Shown here: in pieces, positions 27,330 through 38,800 of the stretch
How the letters are laid out: every line of letters begins with the position of its first letter
How positions within the stretch are numbered: the stretch's first letter is position 1
Assembly (NCBI GenBank): GCA_964350585.1
Contig: CAYGKC010000004.1
Coordinates: 1-56,900, forward strand
Direction of reading: 5' to 3'
DNA: 56,900 nt
Source of the DNA: an uncultured Gammaproteobacteria bacterium
GTDB lineage: Bacteria; Patescibacteriota; Patescibacteriia; 2-01-FULL-39-33
The notes under the pieces: generated by a model
The model's input: the letters and a program-made list of their open reading frames with translations, nothing else
Told to the model about the DNA's origin: nothing
Database searches by the model: none
Made by a program: the position numbers and the translations under genes

Positions 27330-28829
27330 ATGGCCAGACCAAAAAAAAATGAAGAAAAGGAAGGAATGGAGAAAGATTTAAAAAAGGCAAAAAAAATTAA
27401 AAAAGAATTTGCTACTGTTACTGGTATGAGAGATATTCTTCCTCAAGATCAAAAGTACTGGGACTTAGTTGTTAAGGTTGGAGAAAAAATAGCATTGGAT
27501 TACGGTTATGGAAAAATTGATACGCCCATACTTGAATATACCGAAGTTTTCACAAAAGGCTTGGGTAAAGTAACTGACCTTATTGAAAAAGAAATGTATT
27601 CTTTTGAAGATCGAGGAGGTGATAATTTAACCATTAGACCGGAAGGCACAGCTTCAATTGTTAGGGCTTACATACAGCATGGCATGATAAATCAAACTCA
27701 ACCTGTTAAGTTGTATAGTTATGGTCCAATGTTTAGGCATGATAAGCCTCAGTCGGGCAGGTATAGGCAACTTCATCAGTTTGGATATGAAGCTATTGGT
27801 GAAATAAATCCGGCGTTGGATGCTCAAATGATATTAATGGGTTGGAATATGATAAACGAAGTTGGTTTGGATTCAATAATTCAAGTCAATAGTATAGGTT
27901 GTCCTAATTGCCGAGAAGAATACAAAAAAGCGTTGGTAAAATATTATAAAACCAAAGTTAAAGTTCTTTGTCCGAATTGCCAAAGAAGGCTTCAAAAAAA
28001 TCCTTTGCGCCTTCTGGATTGCAAAGAAGAGGAATGCGTGAAACTAAAAATTGAAGCGCCTCAAATATTGGATTATCTTGATGAAGAATGTAAAAGTCAT
28101 CTTATGAAAGTTATAGAGTACTTGGATGAATTGGATTTACCTTATGTTTTAAACACTCAAATTGTAAGGGGATTAGATTATTATACTAAAACGGTTTTTG
28201 AATATTGGGCTGCGGATGATGCAGAAGGAAAGAGCGCTTTAGGCGGGGGAGGAAGATATGACGGATTAGTGCAACTCTTAGGTGGAAGACAAGATGTTCC
28301 TGCATGTGGATTTGCCATGGGTATGGATAGGGTAGTTTCAAAGTTGCGAGAAAAGGAAGTCGTTGTTCCAGATATATACCAACCTGATATCTTTGTAGCG
28401 CAGTTGGGTGAAGCTGCCAAAAAAAAGGCTTTGAAAATGTATGAGAGACTGCGTCAAAAAGGCTTCAAGCTTTCTCAAGCATTTTATAAGGATAATTTGA
28501 AAGCTCAACTGGAAATAGCAAATAAGCTAAAAGTTAAGTATACTTTGATAATGGGGCAAAAAGAGGTTGGCGACGGTACGGTATTGGTAAGGGATATGGA
28601 TGGTGGAATACAAGAAAATGTGGATTATAATAAAATAGATAGTGATCTTGCAAAAAGAGTCCAAAAATGGAAAGGCGACAGGTTGGATATTTCCGCTAAT
28701 GAAGAGCAAGGATTGTTGCCTAAGGTAAAAAGGCCAAAAGCTGATTATGGAGATTATATGGCTGTAGATACTGAGGAAGAAGAGTTTGGCAACGGAAGTT
28801 CTGGAGTAGATGAAGTCGATAGTTTTTAA
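27330..28829 (+). CDS. hisS: histidine--tRNA ligase with basic N-terminal and acidic C-terminal extensions
   Basis: GMRDILP, LTIRPEGTA, FRHDKPQSGRYRQLHQFGYE, NPLRLLDCK, GGGRYD, and a C-terminal anticodon-binding domain. Confidence 0.95.
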   Translation: MARPKKNEEKEGMEKDLKKAKKIKKEFATVTGMRDILPQDQKYWDLVVKVGEKIALDYGYGKIDTPILEYTEVFTKGLGKVTDLIEKEMYSFEDRGGDNLTIRPEGTASIVRAYIQHGMINQTQPVKLYSYGPMFRHDKPQSGRYRQLHQFGYEAIGEINPALDAQMILMGWNMINEVGLDSIIQVNSIGCPNCREEYKKALVKYYKTKVKVLCPNCQRRLQKNPLRLLDCKEEECVKLKIEAPQILDYLDEECKSHLMKVIEYLDELDLPYVLNTQIVRGLDYYTKTVFEYWAADDAEGKSALGGGGRYDGLVQLLGGRQDVPACGFAMGMDRVVSKLREKEVVVPDIYQPDIFVAQLGEAAKKKALKMYERLRQKGFKLSQAFYKDNLKAQLEIANKLKVKYTLIMGQKEVGDGTVLVRDMDGGIQENVDYNKIDSDLAKRVQKWKGDRLDISANEEQGLLPKVKRPKADYGDYMAVDTEEEEFGNGSSGVDEVDSF

Positions 28830-28878
28830 ATAGTTAACATTTATTAATAAAAAAATAGAGAAAGTGAGGTGAATTTAA

Positions 28879-29115
28879 GTGGCTGAAGTAAAAAGAAAGA
28901 AAGGGGAGACTTTTGAATCATTAGTTCGAAGGTTTACAAAAAAAATACAGCAAAGCGGAAGACTGCTACAAAGCAGAAAAGTTAGGTATCATGAAAAAAG
29001 AAAAAATAAAACAGCAGTAAGATCTGCCGCAGCTAGAAGAGACGAAATTGGTTCAAAGAGAGAATACTTGAAAAAAATTGGAAAGTTAGTAGAAGAACCT
29101 ACCAGAAGAAAATAA
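28879..29115 (+). CDS. rpsU: 30S ribosomal protein S21
   Basis: GTG start with RBS GTGAGGTG. VKRKKGETFESLVRRFTKKIQQSGRLLQSRKVRYHEK. Confidence 0.9.
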   Translation: MAEVKRKKGETFESLVRRFTKKIQQSGRLLQSRKVRYHEKRKNKTAVRSAAARRDEIGSKREYLKKIGKLVEEPTRRK

Positions 29116-29119
29116 ATAT

Positions 29120-29575
29120 ATGAACTTACAAGAGCAAATTAACGCAGATTTTCTCCAAGCTTATAAGAATAAGGATGAAAAGTTGGTAATGACATTAAGA
29201 ATGATAAAATCGTCCTTGGTAAATAAGATGATTGAGAAAAAAATGGCTAAAGAAGAGATGTTAGAAGATAGTGAAATTATAGCAGTTATAAAATCTGAAA
29301 TAAAAAAAAGAAAAGATTCTATAGAAAGTTATAGTCAAGGTAACAGAAATGATTTGGCAGAAAAAGAACAAGAAGAAATTAATATTTTAGAAAAGTATTT
29401 GCCGGAACAGATGAGTGAAGACAGAATTAGGGAAGAAATAAAAAAAATATTGCAAGATAAAAATTTTACTTCTTCGGATTTTGGCAAAGCAATGGGAGCA
29501 GTTATGGCAAGTATTTCAGGGCAAGCAGATGGACAAATCGTTTCCATAATACTAAAAGAAGAACTATCTAAATAG
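29120..29575 (+). CDS. GatB/YqeY domain protein
   Basis: I..D...A.K.KD....TLRMIKS, plus EINILEKYLPEQMSE, typical of YqeY. Confidence 0.8.
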   Translation: MNLQEQINADFLQAYKNKDEKLVMTLRMIKSSLVNKMIEKKMAKEEMLEDSEIIAVIKSEIKKRKDSIESYSQGNRNDLAEKEQEEINILEKYLPEQMSEDRIREEIKKILQDKNFTSSDFGKAMGAVMASISGQADGQIVSIILKEELSK

Positions 29576-29583
29576 CTAATAAA

Positions 29584-29612
29584 AAATCCGCTTTAAGACA
29601 GCGGATTTTTTA
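29584..29612 (+). terminator. rho-independent terminator
   Basis: AATCCGCT-loop-AGCGGATT followed by TTTTTAT. Confidence 0.8.
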
Positions 29613-29647
29613 TTTTGCCATTTATTTATTTATCAACAGTTTGATGC

Positions 29648-29677
29648 TTGGAAGTTAAAGCGTAATTGTGTTATAAT
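29648..29677 (+). promoter_or_regulatory. candidate sigma70-type promoter of the giant-gene operon
   Basis: TTGGAA, an 18-nt spacer, then an extended -10 TGTTATAAT. It lies 33 nt upstream of ATG 29710. Confidence 0.35.
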
Positions 29678-29709
29678 TAATAACAAATACAATTTTTAAA
29701 ATCAAAATT

Positions 29710-32700
29710 ATGAATCAACGACGGCTCTTTTCCATGCAAAGGTCGTTAATTAATTTCTATGCTGTTTTCATCTTGCTGATGATTATAACGGTGATGTTTG
29801 TTTTATTTATACCTCACCAATCATTTGCCCAAACAGTAGCTGATGAAAACACCTCCGCTTTTGCTCAGTCGGCTGGAATAGAAACTGAAACATCTTTGGT
29901 TACCATTATCGGCAATATTGTCAGAGTTCTTTTAGCGCTTCTGGGTATCCTCCTTATTCTTTTGATAATGTACGGAGGATGGATTTGGATGCAGTCTCAG
30001 GGTGATCCCGCGAAAGTTGACAAGGGTAAAAAAATTATTACCAATGCAATTATTGGAGTTATTATTATTTCTCTTGCTTTTGCCATTACAACTTTTGTGA
30101 TGGGAATATTAAATGGTACTTTTGGCGGAGGCGGCAGAGGAAGAGGTCCGGTAATTCCCGGAGGTTACAATGATTGGAACCGTTCAATGATTGGCAAAGG
30201 ACCGATTGAAAGTGTCTATCCGACTCCTAATCAAAAAGATGTATTTATCGATACTTTGGTTGTTGTTACATTTAAACAAGAAATCCAAGCAGATACTATT
30301 TACGGAGCCAATGATAAGATTGTAAGCGATAACATTGAAATTTGTCAGGTTAACGCAGAAACATATGATTGCGTAGAAACAGACGATTTTAAAATAGAGG
30401 CCTTCAATGATACTACGGTAACGAGCACTATTGACAATAGGACTTTTGTCTTTTATCCAAATAAGCCGTTAGGTTTAAATGACGGATTGAAAAGAATTTT
30501 TAAAGTCAAATTAAAAAATGGAATAAAAAATATTTCCGGGGATAATATCTTTAAGGGAGGATATTACGAATGGGTTTTTGAAACAAACGGAAAACTTGAT
30601 TGGAATCCTCCAAAATTATTATTACGAGAAATTTATCCTGTTCCTGATGATTATGCAGATGAATATGGTGATTTAGCTGATCCTAATGCCGGAACAGCTT
30701 CCATAACTATGACCATAGCTGATATAACTCCCGAATTGCCACAAAGGATTGCAACAAGTTCGAACTTATTGTTATATAGAGGGCAACCTTTAAGTTTACC
30801 AATAACTCATGGAGATACTGGACAAATTCTTTATTTAAAAACTGATACGGGCTTTGAATTCAAAACATCAACTTTGACTAATGTTTCTGTTAATATAGTT
30901 TCCAATGGAACGCAAGCTACAGTTTCTTCACCTGATTTATTCGGTTTAGCAGAATCATCTTTACCATTGACTGATACTCAAACTCAATTGAGTTTCAAAA
31001 ACGGCCTTTATTTGCAAACAAGCGGAGGTCCTTTTCAAAAAGGTTTAACTTGGCAGTTTTGGGTAGCAGGCAATAGGGATGGAAAGACTTTTATTATAAA
31101 AAACGGCAATCAAGAATATAGATACCTTTTTGTTGACCAGACATATGACACAAGAAGCACATTATCCAAAAATAATGTTTCTTATCATACTGTTCTTGTG
31201 CCTACAAATTCAAGCTTGACAAATTCCGTTAGTGCTTTGGTGGACAAAATAAACGCGACAGCAGGAGAAGTTGTTGTGGCTTCTTCTTCGGAAGGCACTT
31301 TAAACCTTACTGCCAAATATGCCGGTTCAGCTTCCCAAAATATTGAGGTAGGAACAAGTACAAATTCCCTGACAAAGTTATTAGGAGGAACGGATACTTT
31401 TAAAGGAAGAAGTTTGGTAAGAGGTGCATTTGATCCGTATAACAATTCGCTATTTCAATTTACATTTGATAAGGCAATAAATCCCGTTACTATAGAAGGA
31501 ACTATTATTGTAAAATATGACACTAATGGAGACGGTGTGTTAGATGGAACTGTTCAGGCTTCAAGCTCTATTTCAAATCAGTATAGAACCATTACTTTAA
31601 GACCGCCGAATGTCTGTGGCGTAAACACTTGCGGAGATCCTATCTATTGTTGGATGGAAGTTGCTCCCGAAAATCCCACATCCACTAAATTTGAAATTGA
31701 AATTATTCCTGCTCCGCTTAGAACCTGTAATTCAAATTGGTGCGGCTCTGGAGATTCTAGTGTCGGTTTTGGCGGATCTTGCGAAACCGGTACCACAAAC
31801 AGATGTTTTAAAACAGTTGATGAGAAAAATGCTTTTTATCCGAAAGCGGAAGGCACAAGCGGAATAAGTGATTTATCAAATAATTCATTTAATGGTAATT
31901 TCAATGAATATGTCGATGTCAATGGGAAAACTTTAGGAATTGCAGAAGGTCCAAGTACTAGCACATGCGCTTCAACTGCAGGTTGTTCTGGTATGTCACC
32001 ATATGTTCTTACCACTACGACCAATGTTGTTGCGGGTACTAATACCGGAGATAATGTTAAGTGGAGTTTTTATCTTTCATCTGAAGTAGATACAAAGTCA
32101 CCGCTTATAAACAGAATTTTTCCTGTAGGTAATCAGGATTATGGAATTATTGAAGAAGAGTTGTCAAATAGGGAAGTGGAAGTGGAGTTTGACAGATTAA
32201 TGGATTCTTCTTCTTTTAAGCCGGGATGGGGGTATGGTACAAGTACGGGTAGTACATATTCTAAAAATTGGTATCAAAGATATTTTGTACTTCAGACTTT
32301 AAATAAGGGCGCAAATCCGATTGGTTATTGGATTTCAAAAACAGAAAGTCATGTAAATGGTGATAACGTTCCTGATCGAACCATAGCTTTGATTAAACAC
32401 AATAATTTTGATAATGCAGTGCAGTACGGTCCGCTAATTGGATCGGGAGCTAAGTCAATAACGCAAAATTGTTTTATGCCTGGGGGCGGACCAAGATATG
32501 CCGGCGCGGATGGTGATTTCAATACAGTAACGTCTTCTAATAATTGCATATATACATCTAACGCCAATAATAATTTAAATACTGACGGTTGCGTTAATGA
32601 TAGTATTATTGCTGAACAATACCGTGTTTTTAGCGATAACCCTGCATCTTATGCCCATATGAAATGCGATCAGATTGAAGGTGCTGAAGTATGCGATAAT

Positions 32701-32829
32701 ACTGAAACTTGTAAGCCGTTTTATTCTGCAGGAGACAATATGGCGGGAAGCTGGATAATATCTTCTGATTATGGCACTTCAACTGGAAACGAAAGAAGAA
32801 CTGGATGTTGTTTTGGTAAATGTGAATAA
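29710..32829 (+). CDS. giant secreted/anchored protein 1 (1039 aa): signal peptide + pilin-like two-helix module + Ig-like domains + Cys-rich C-terminus
   Basis: Uninterrupted 3.1-kb ORF. Signal peptide ends ..HQSFA|QT. The module at aa 51-134 is homologous to the N-terminus of the next gene. A Gly-rich linker GGGGRGRGPVIPGG follows. SbsA/Big_5-like strands occur (SVYPTPNQKDVFIDTLVVVTF.., INRIFPVGNQ..VEVEFDRLM). The tail is Cys-rich (..RTGCCFGKCE). Confidence 0.85.
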   Translation: MNQRRLFSMQRSLINFYAVFILLMIITVMFVLFIPHQSFAQTVADENTSAFAQSAGIETETSLVTIIGNIVRVLLALLGILLILLIMYGGWIWMQSQGDPAKVDKGKKIITNAIIGVIIISLAFAITTFVMGILNGTFGGGGRGRGPVIPGGYNDWNRSMIGKGPIESVYPTPNQKDVFIDTLVVVTFKQEIQADTIYGANDKIVSDNIEICQVNAETYDCVETDDFKIEAFNDTTVTSTIDNRTFVFYPNKPLGLNDGLKRIFKVKLKNGIKNISGDNIFKGGYYEWVFETNGKLDWNPPKLLLREIYPVPDDYADEYGDLADPNAGTASITMTIADITPELPQRIATSSNLLLYRGQPLSLPITHGDTGQILYLKTDTGFEFKTSTLTNVSVNIVSNGTQATVSSPDLFGLAESSLPLTDTQTQLSFKNGLYLQTSGGPFQKGLTWQFWVAGNRDGKTFIIKNGNQEYRYLFVDQTYDTRSTLSKNNVSYHTVLVPTNSSLTNSVSALVDKINATAGEVVVASSSEGTLNLTAKYAGSASQNIEVGTSTNSLTKLLGGTDTFKGRSLVRGAFDPYNNSLFQFTFDKAINPVTIEGTIIVKYDTNGDGVLDGTVQASSSISNQYRTITLRPPNVCGVNTCGDPIYCWMEVAPENPTSTKFEIEIIPAPLRTCNSNWCGSGDSSVGFGGSCETGTTNRCFKTVDEKNAFYPKAEGTSGISDLSNNSFNGNFNEYVDVNGKTLGIAEGPSTSTCASTAGCSGMSPYVLTTTTNVVAGTNTGDNVKWSFYLSSEVDTKSPLINRIFPVGNQDYGIIEEELSNREVEVEFDRLMDSSSFKPGWGYGTSTGSTYSKNWYQRYFVLQTLNKGANPIGYWISKTESHVNGDNVPDRTIALIKHNNFDNAVQYGPLIGSGAKSITQNCFMPGGGPRYAGADGDFNTVTSSNNCIYTSNANNNLNTDGCVNDSIIAEQYRVFSDNPASYAHMKCDQIEGAEVCDNTETCKPFYSAGDNMAGSWIISSDYGTSTGNERRTGCCFGKCE
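29860..30111 (+). other. VirB2/TrbC-like (T4SS-pilin-like) two-TM module, copy in giant protein 1
   Basis: AQSAGIETETSLVTIIGNIVRVLLALLGILLILLIMYGGWIWMQSQGDPAKVDKGKKIITNAIIGVIIISLAFAITTFVMGIL. Layout is helix 1, a G-x-x-x-x-S-x-GDP-x-K-V-x-K-x-K loop, then helix 2. Confidence 0.55.
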
Positions 32830-32846
32830 TAAAAAAGTTTAGACAA

Positions 32847-35800
32847 ATGGACTCTTCTCAAAATTTAAAAAATATAAGAAGGAGCGCACTATTTTTTGTA
32901 CTTTTTTTATTTCTTTGTTTTGTTTTTATTCCAAATTCAGTTTTAGCTCAAATAAATGTTTTTAGCGAAGCTGCCGGAATCAGTTCAGCGAGAACTTTAC
33001 CAGAAATTATAGGAAGAATTGTCCAAGTTGCCTTGGCATTTTTGGGTATTTTGGCAATTATCTTGATTATGTTCGCCGGCTTTAAGTATATGACTTCAGA
33101 CGGCGATCCTACAAAAGTGGAAAAGGCCAAAAAAATGATTATTCAGGCAGTAATCGGTCTTGTAATAATTTTTGCTTCTTTTGCAATAGTAACATTTATT
33201 TTTAGTAATCTTACAAATATAGTAGAGCCCGATGATAACTCGCTTTGCACTGTTGGTGATGTTCAGTATAGCGGTGTTGATAACTGCGCCTATAGATATT
33301 GCATCAGTGAAAACAGTTGGGGCCAATGGAATAATGATGGCTGTTATTACTATACTGCTAATCAATATTCATACGTGACCGGATTTAAAGATGAATCTCT
33401 TTTGATTAATGGTGTTATTTGGCAAATCGGTGTAACAAAAAGCTTTACCGGAGTAAAATCAATTCCCTTAAGCGCTAATTTGCAAGTTCGCGGATATGGT
33501 CATTATAAGGGAACTTCCAATGAAATTACCGCAATGAATTTAAGGTGGATAGACATTGCTTCAGGGTCAAGCGCTTTTTCTCCAATAGAAAATGTAATAA
33601 AAAATATTAATGGCAATGAGTTTAATGTTGTAGAAAATATTTACGCTCCTTGGAATACCTCGCAATATACAACTGGAACAACTTCCACTATTGACATTTT
33701 TTTAACTCCTCAAGACAGCAGTTATTTTTTTAAAAAATTAAAAGTGAAATTTATTCCCGATCATTGTTTTGACGGAATAAAGAATTTTGGAGAAACAGGC
33801 ATAGATTGCGGTTCTGTTTGCGGTGGAGCTTGTCCGGGAGAATCCTGTGATAATGAACCGTCAACTTCTTCTTGTCAGGCTAATGATAATATGTGCAGAT
33901 ACGGGGTTTGTAATTTAGATACCTGTAGTTGCATTGATGTTCCGCAGATTGATTACATTTCACCTGTACTTGATGTTTTGGGAGATACAAAATTAAATCG
34001 CCCAAATACCTGGAGTGATGATATACCAAACGGAGCTAACGGAAATTTGATTACTATATGGGGAAGCGGTTTTGGCAATTCAACCGGTACTGTAACATTT
34101 GTTGATAATGCCGGTAATTCTTATAATGCGGAATTTCCGGGAGCGCCATGTTCGAATCTTTGGTCGGAAAATCAAATAATTATTAAAGTTCCAAACACTC
34201 CAAATGTTATACCCGTTACCAGTACTTCTCAAATGCGATTCAACACTTCAACTAATTATTCTGTAAAAGTTAACTCAGTTTATGGCATTGAAAGTAATGG
34301 AAAGCCATTTCAGGTTAATCAAATTGAAAGACCGGGAATTTGTTCTGCAACAGCAGGATCTTATCCGGCTACAACCACAATATATGGTCTGAAGTTTCCT
34401 ACCGGAGCTACTAAAAATGTTCTTTGGTCTATTGGTTCTTATGTTAATGGAACATGGATAAACGGGCGTTTAACAGATGCTGTTTGGGCCCAAACTAATG
34501 TTACTAGCACTAGGTCATATGATTGGACAAATAATTCCGTGATCGATTATATTCCCGAAGCAAATTCGACAAATACTGCTAAGGTAAGAATTTTTAACGG
34601 AGCAGAATACAGTAACTATTACTCGTTTATTTTAAGCCGTGGAGGCGTTGGAGAAAGTTGCGGATATTACGATAATGCCTGCTCGGTAAATAATGGATTA
34701 TGTCAAAGCGGTTTGACTTGTGATTACAGCACTTGTTTATGTGAACCGATTCTGGGTACTTGTGTTCCAAATCAAGCCAGCACCACTTCTTGTACGGTTG
34801 CTAATCCGATTGCAAATTGCAGTTACAAATTCAGATGCAATTCAGCGGGAACGAGTTGGGATTGTGCGCCGGATCTGACTGATGCTGATTGTAGTATAAA
34901 TCCTTATACTACTTTTTCTAAACAAATTTTTTATGCATGGGCTTTTAACTCTTTGGGTTGGGGAAATATTGATCAAAGTTGCGGCATTGATCCTTGGGGA
35001 GCATGTGATCCAAGAGGATGCAACAGAGGACTTAGTTGTAATTTAGAAAGTTGTACATGTGTTCAGGCTCAAACATGTAAAAAAGGAGAGGTGAATCCAT
35101 GTACGATTGAAGGCGCTCCAAATCCAAACGGTACCTGTAAATGGCAAGAGGTATGTGGTAATGATGGAATTTTTGGTCAATGTCAATTAGTAGATCCTTT
35201 TTGTTATAATCCTGTACCGCAAGCCCAGCAGACAATGTATAGTTGGCTTTTTAATTTTAATGCCGGCAGTTTAGAAGGCAATCCCTACATTATTGAAAGT
35301 TGTTTATCAAATTGCAATGTAAGGATTCCAACACCTTCACCTTGGTATAAGTTACATATAACTAATGAAGTTGAGGGTTGGGCGACGAATAAGGGCATAG
35401 CAGCCGCCTACGCTCCGGCATGTTCCAATGCTTTGATCACAGCAGAATTTAACAGGAGAATGAATGCAAATACTATAAATAGTTCAACAGTAAAAATATA
35501 TCGTGTTTCTACTACTGGCGAAAAAATACCTTTAGATATCCAGATTAATCTGGAAAATGATAAGTTTCTCCAATTAAGCGTTGCTGAAGGATTGACGACT
35601 TCAACCGTTTATCAGGTAAACCTTTCTGATCAGATTTACAGTTATGAATATAAAAAATTAGTTTTTACGCCTAATTCGCAATTTGCCAAAGATAAAAGAG
35701 GCTGTGATGCTAACGCGGCTTATTGTTGGAATTTTACAACCAGAAACACATTACAACATTGTGAAGAAGGCTGTATCGGTTGCGCTCCAAATCCTACCAA

Positions 35801-38800
35801 AATGTATTGGCAAGGTGCTACAACATCTAATTTTTCTTACTTAACTAGTCAAGATAACTACTGTCTGACACTTAATACTTGGGATTACAATTGGCAATGG
35901 GATGTTTTACCTGGTCCGAGCAATCAATTAGGAGACTTAAGGTATAACAATTATATAGCTATTACTAACAAGGACTTCTGCGATAGTACGGCAACAACAA
36001 CTGAAAGATCAGATTTATGCCGTTTTCAATTGGCTGTAACTGATAATAAAGTTGATCCTTTTCAGGTTAGTGCTGCACTGGGCGACAATAGGCTTGGCCC
36101 TAATGCCACTATTACCGCTGCTATACCTGGAAAACCGCTAAGAGGTGAGTGTAAGGTGATAAATAATTTTACTGATGTAATGGTGGTCGAAGACAGAGAT
36201 TGTACTGATACCACTCAAAGTCCTTCGCCATTTAAAGGTGCAACAGACGCTTGCACAAATGCGCTTATTTCCGCCAGATTTAACAGGCCTATTGTGGATG
36301 AAACCTTAACTTTAAGCACATCAACACGAAACGGAAACATTATTATCGAAGATTGCGGTTCGACTGAACCAACTCCAACTTCTACATGTACGTTAGTAAA
36401 TCTTAATGAAGAAGGAATTACACCCACAATTAGAATTTTTGAATATAGCAGGCCTTTGGCATATGAAAATCTATTTACTTCATCCACTTCTGCTACTACC
36501 TCTTTGCCAGAAGGTTTTATAATTGATGTCGCTTTAAATCAAAAAATCAAATACAACGAAAAAAATGCAAAGACTATTATTGAAAGCGGATATCTCGATC
36601 CCAATAAATGGTACAGAGTTATTATTAAGGGAGGTGAAAACGGCTTGAGAGGTTCAAAGGCCGGCAGTGATAATCTTAAAGAAGGCCATTTAATTACGCC
36701 AAGCTTTGGCAATAATGGATGGGTTTACAATGGTGGAACTAATGCAAATCCACCATCTGAGTCTACTGATTCAGATGCCTATAAAGATTATTATTGGAAA
36801 TTTAAAACTGCAACCAGTACCTGCGAAGTTTCCTCGATAAATGTCCAGCCCAAAAACATATTTCTTTCCTTTATAGCGCAATTTCAACAGTACGATGCTG
36901 TTCCTCAGGCTGGAAATTGCAATGTTTTGGCAAGATGCTTTATAAATTGGGATTGGTGGTCTTTGGTTAATTATACCGATGAACATTCTTATCGTCCTCC
37001 GCATAGTGAATTAACAGAAACGGGAGCATCTATAGCCACTATTTCAAAAAATCCTTCAACGTTAAACGTTTGCGGAATTGTAGATAGTAATGGTACTGAT
37101 AATTTCAACTTAGTCGATCCTGTTCAAACTGCTGAATCAGTATCGGAAGGATCTGTTTTTATTACGGCAATGGCGCATGCTAATCGTGAAGGTTGGGCAA
37201 AACTCAGAGTAGGATCTGATTCATTTAGAGTTGTAAAGCATGGACCGGAGGACACTATGTGTACAAATCCGGATCTTGAAATTACTTTTTCCAGGGATGC
37301 AAGTTTAAATAATATCTATAACTATGTAAAATTATACGAGTGCACTGGTGACTCTAACTGTAATAATATTAGTAATGATCATTTAATTGATTTTGCTTGG
37401 TATAGGCCAAATGTAAATTATAGTAATAAAATAACTTTTGGAACAAATAATCTCGACGGTCGTTATCGAGTTATGGTTAATGGAATATCATCTTTTGATA
37501 ATTTATCTCTATCAGGTTTGAACTATAGATTAAATGGAGAGACTGTCGGCGAGGCTTGTGAACAAGGAATTTACCCTTGGATAAATAATGATCAAGCATA
37601 TTGCAGTTCAACAAATTGCTTGTTTGATTCCACAATGGATTTATGTGGCAAAGAATTTAAGCAGTGCACTACAACAGAATCAAATCTGATGGCTTATTGT
37701 TCGACAAATTGTAAAAATTTAGGAAACACAAATATTGCATCATGCGGAAATGGAATAATTGAGCCTGGAGAAGATTGTGACGATAACAATATTACCAGTG
37801 GCGATGGCTGTTCTTCAAACTGTTTACTTGTTGAAGGATCAAAAGCCGTTTGCGGTAACGGTAAAATAGAAAAAGGTGAGCAGTGTGATGATGGTAATTC
37901 TGCAAACGGCGATGGTTGCTCTTCCATATGTCTTTATGAATCAAATTATGCAACATCGACAAATTCAAATTCGTTGTATAAAGATTTTAATTGCGCAAGC
38001 AGTACTGGCGCTACAAGTACTATTGTTGTTGACATTGCTGGCAATGCTGTGAAGGTAAAAGTAGCTTGTATGGCAGGAGAACCGGGATGCAATAATAACT
38101 GTCTTAATCAAGGTTCAAATCCGAATGCTCCAGTTTGTGGCAATGGAAAAATAGAGTTTGGGGAAGACTGTGACTATGGAGTTAATAATGGCAACGGTAT
38201 TTGTTCGGATCAATGCTTATGGGTAGGTTCTTCTGAAGATACAGGTTGCGGAAACGGAACTTTGGACAGGGGTGAAGCGGATGCTTATTCATGGACTTTT
38301 ACGGTTGATCCTACTGCGCAAAGATGCGGTCCGGTTGTAGCTTTGAATCCATGCCAAACAGGCATATGGAGGGTATCTGTTCCAAAAAACATAGAAGATC
38401 TTCGCATTGTTATTGATAAGAAATATGAGACTGCTGATGATTTTGGTGAAAATGAATGCCAAATTATTGCACAAGGACCTCCTGATAACGCTTCTATATT
38501 CGTAAAAATTTGGTATAAGATAAAAGCTTTTGTAAAAAAATTTATAGGTTCAGCCACGGCATCAAATTATTTGTGTCTGATATATGATCGACAATTTACC
38601 TCCGAATTGATCCAAATGGACAAGGGTAACTACACTGCAACTTCCACTTTAGCAAATAATAATGGAATGATAAGCTTAGTAGCGTATGGCAATGATTCCG
38701 GAGAAAGGATTATAAATTTTATAAATGATCAAAATTGGTCAGACGGAGAAACTTATAGAATGAGGTTATTTGTGAATGGAAACTTCAGCATTCAATCAAC

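Noticed and set aside
27870-28050. Cys-rich insertion in HisRS (CPNC..CPNC..C..EEC) as a novel zinc finger
   Set aside because: As far as I recall, the C..C..RL.KNPLRLLDCK context is a normal feature of the HisRS insertion domain in many bacteria, so it is not unusual enough to report.
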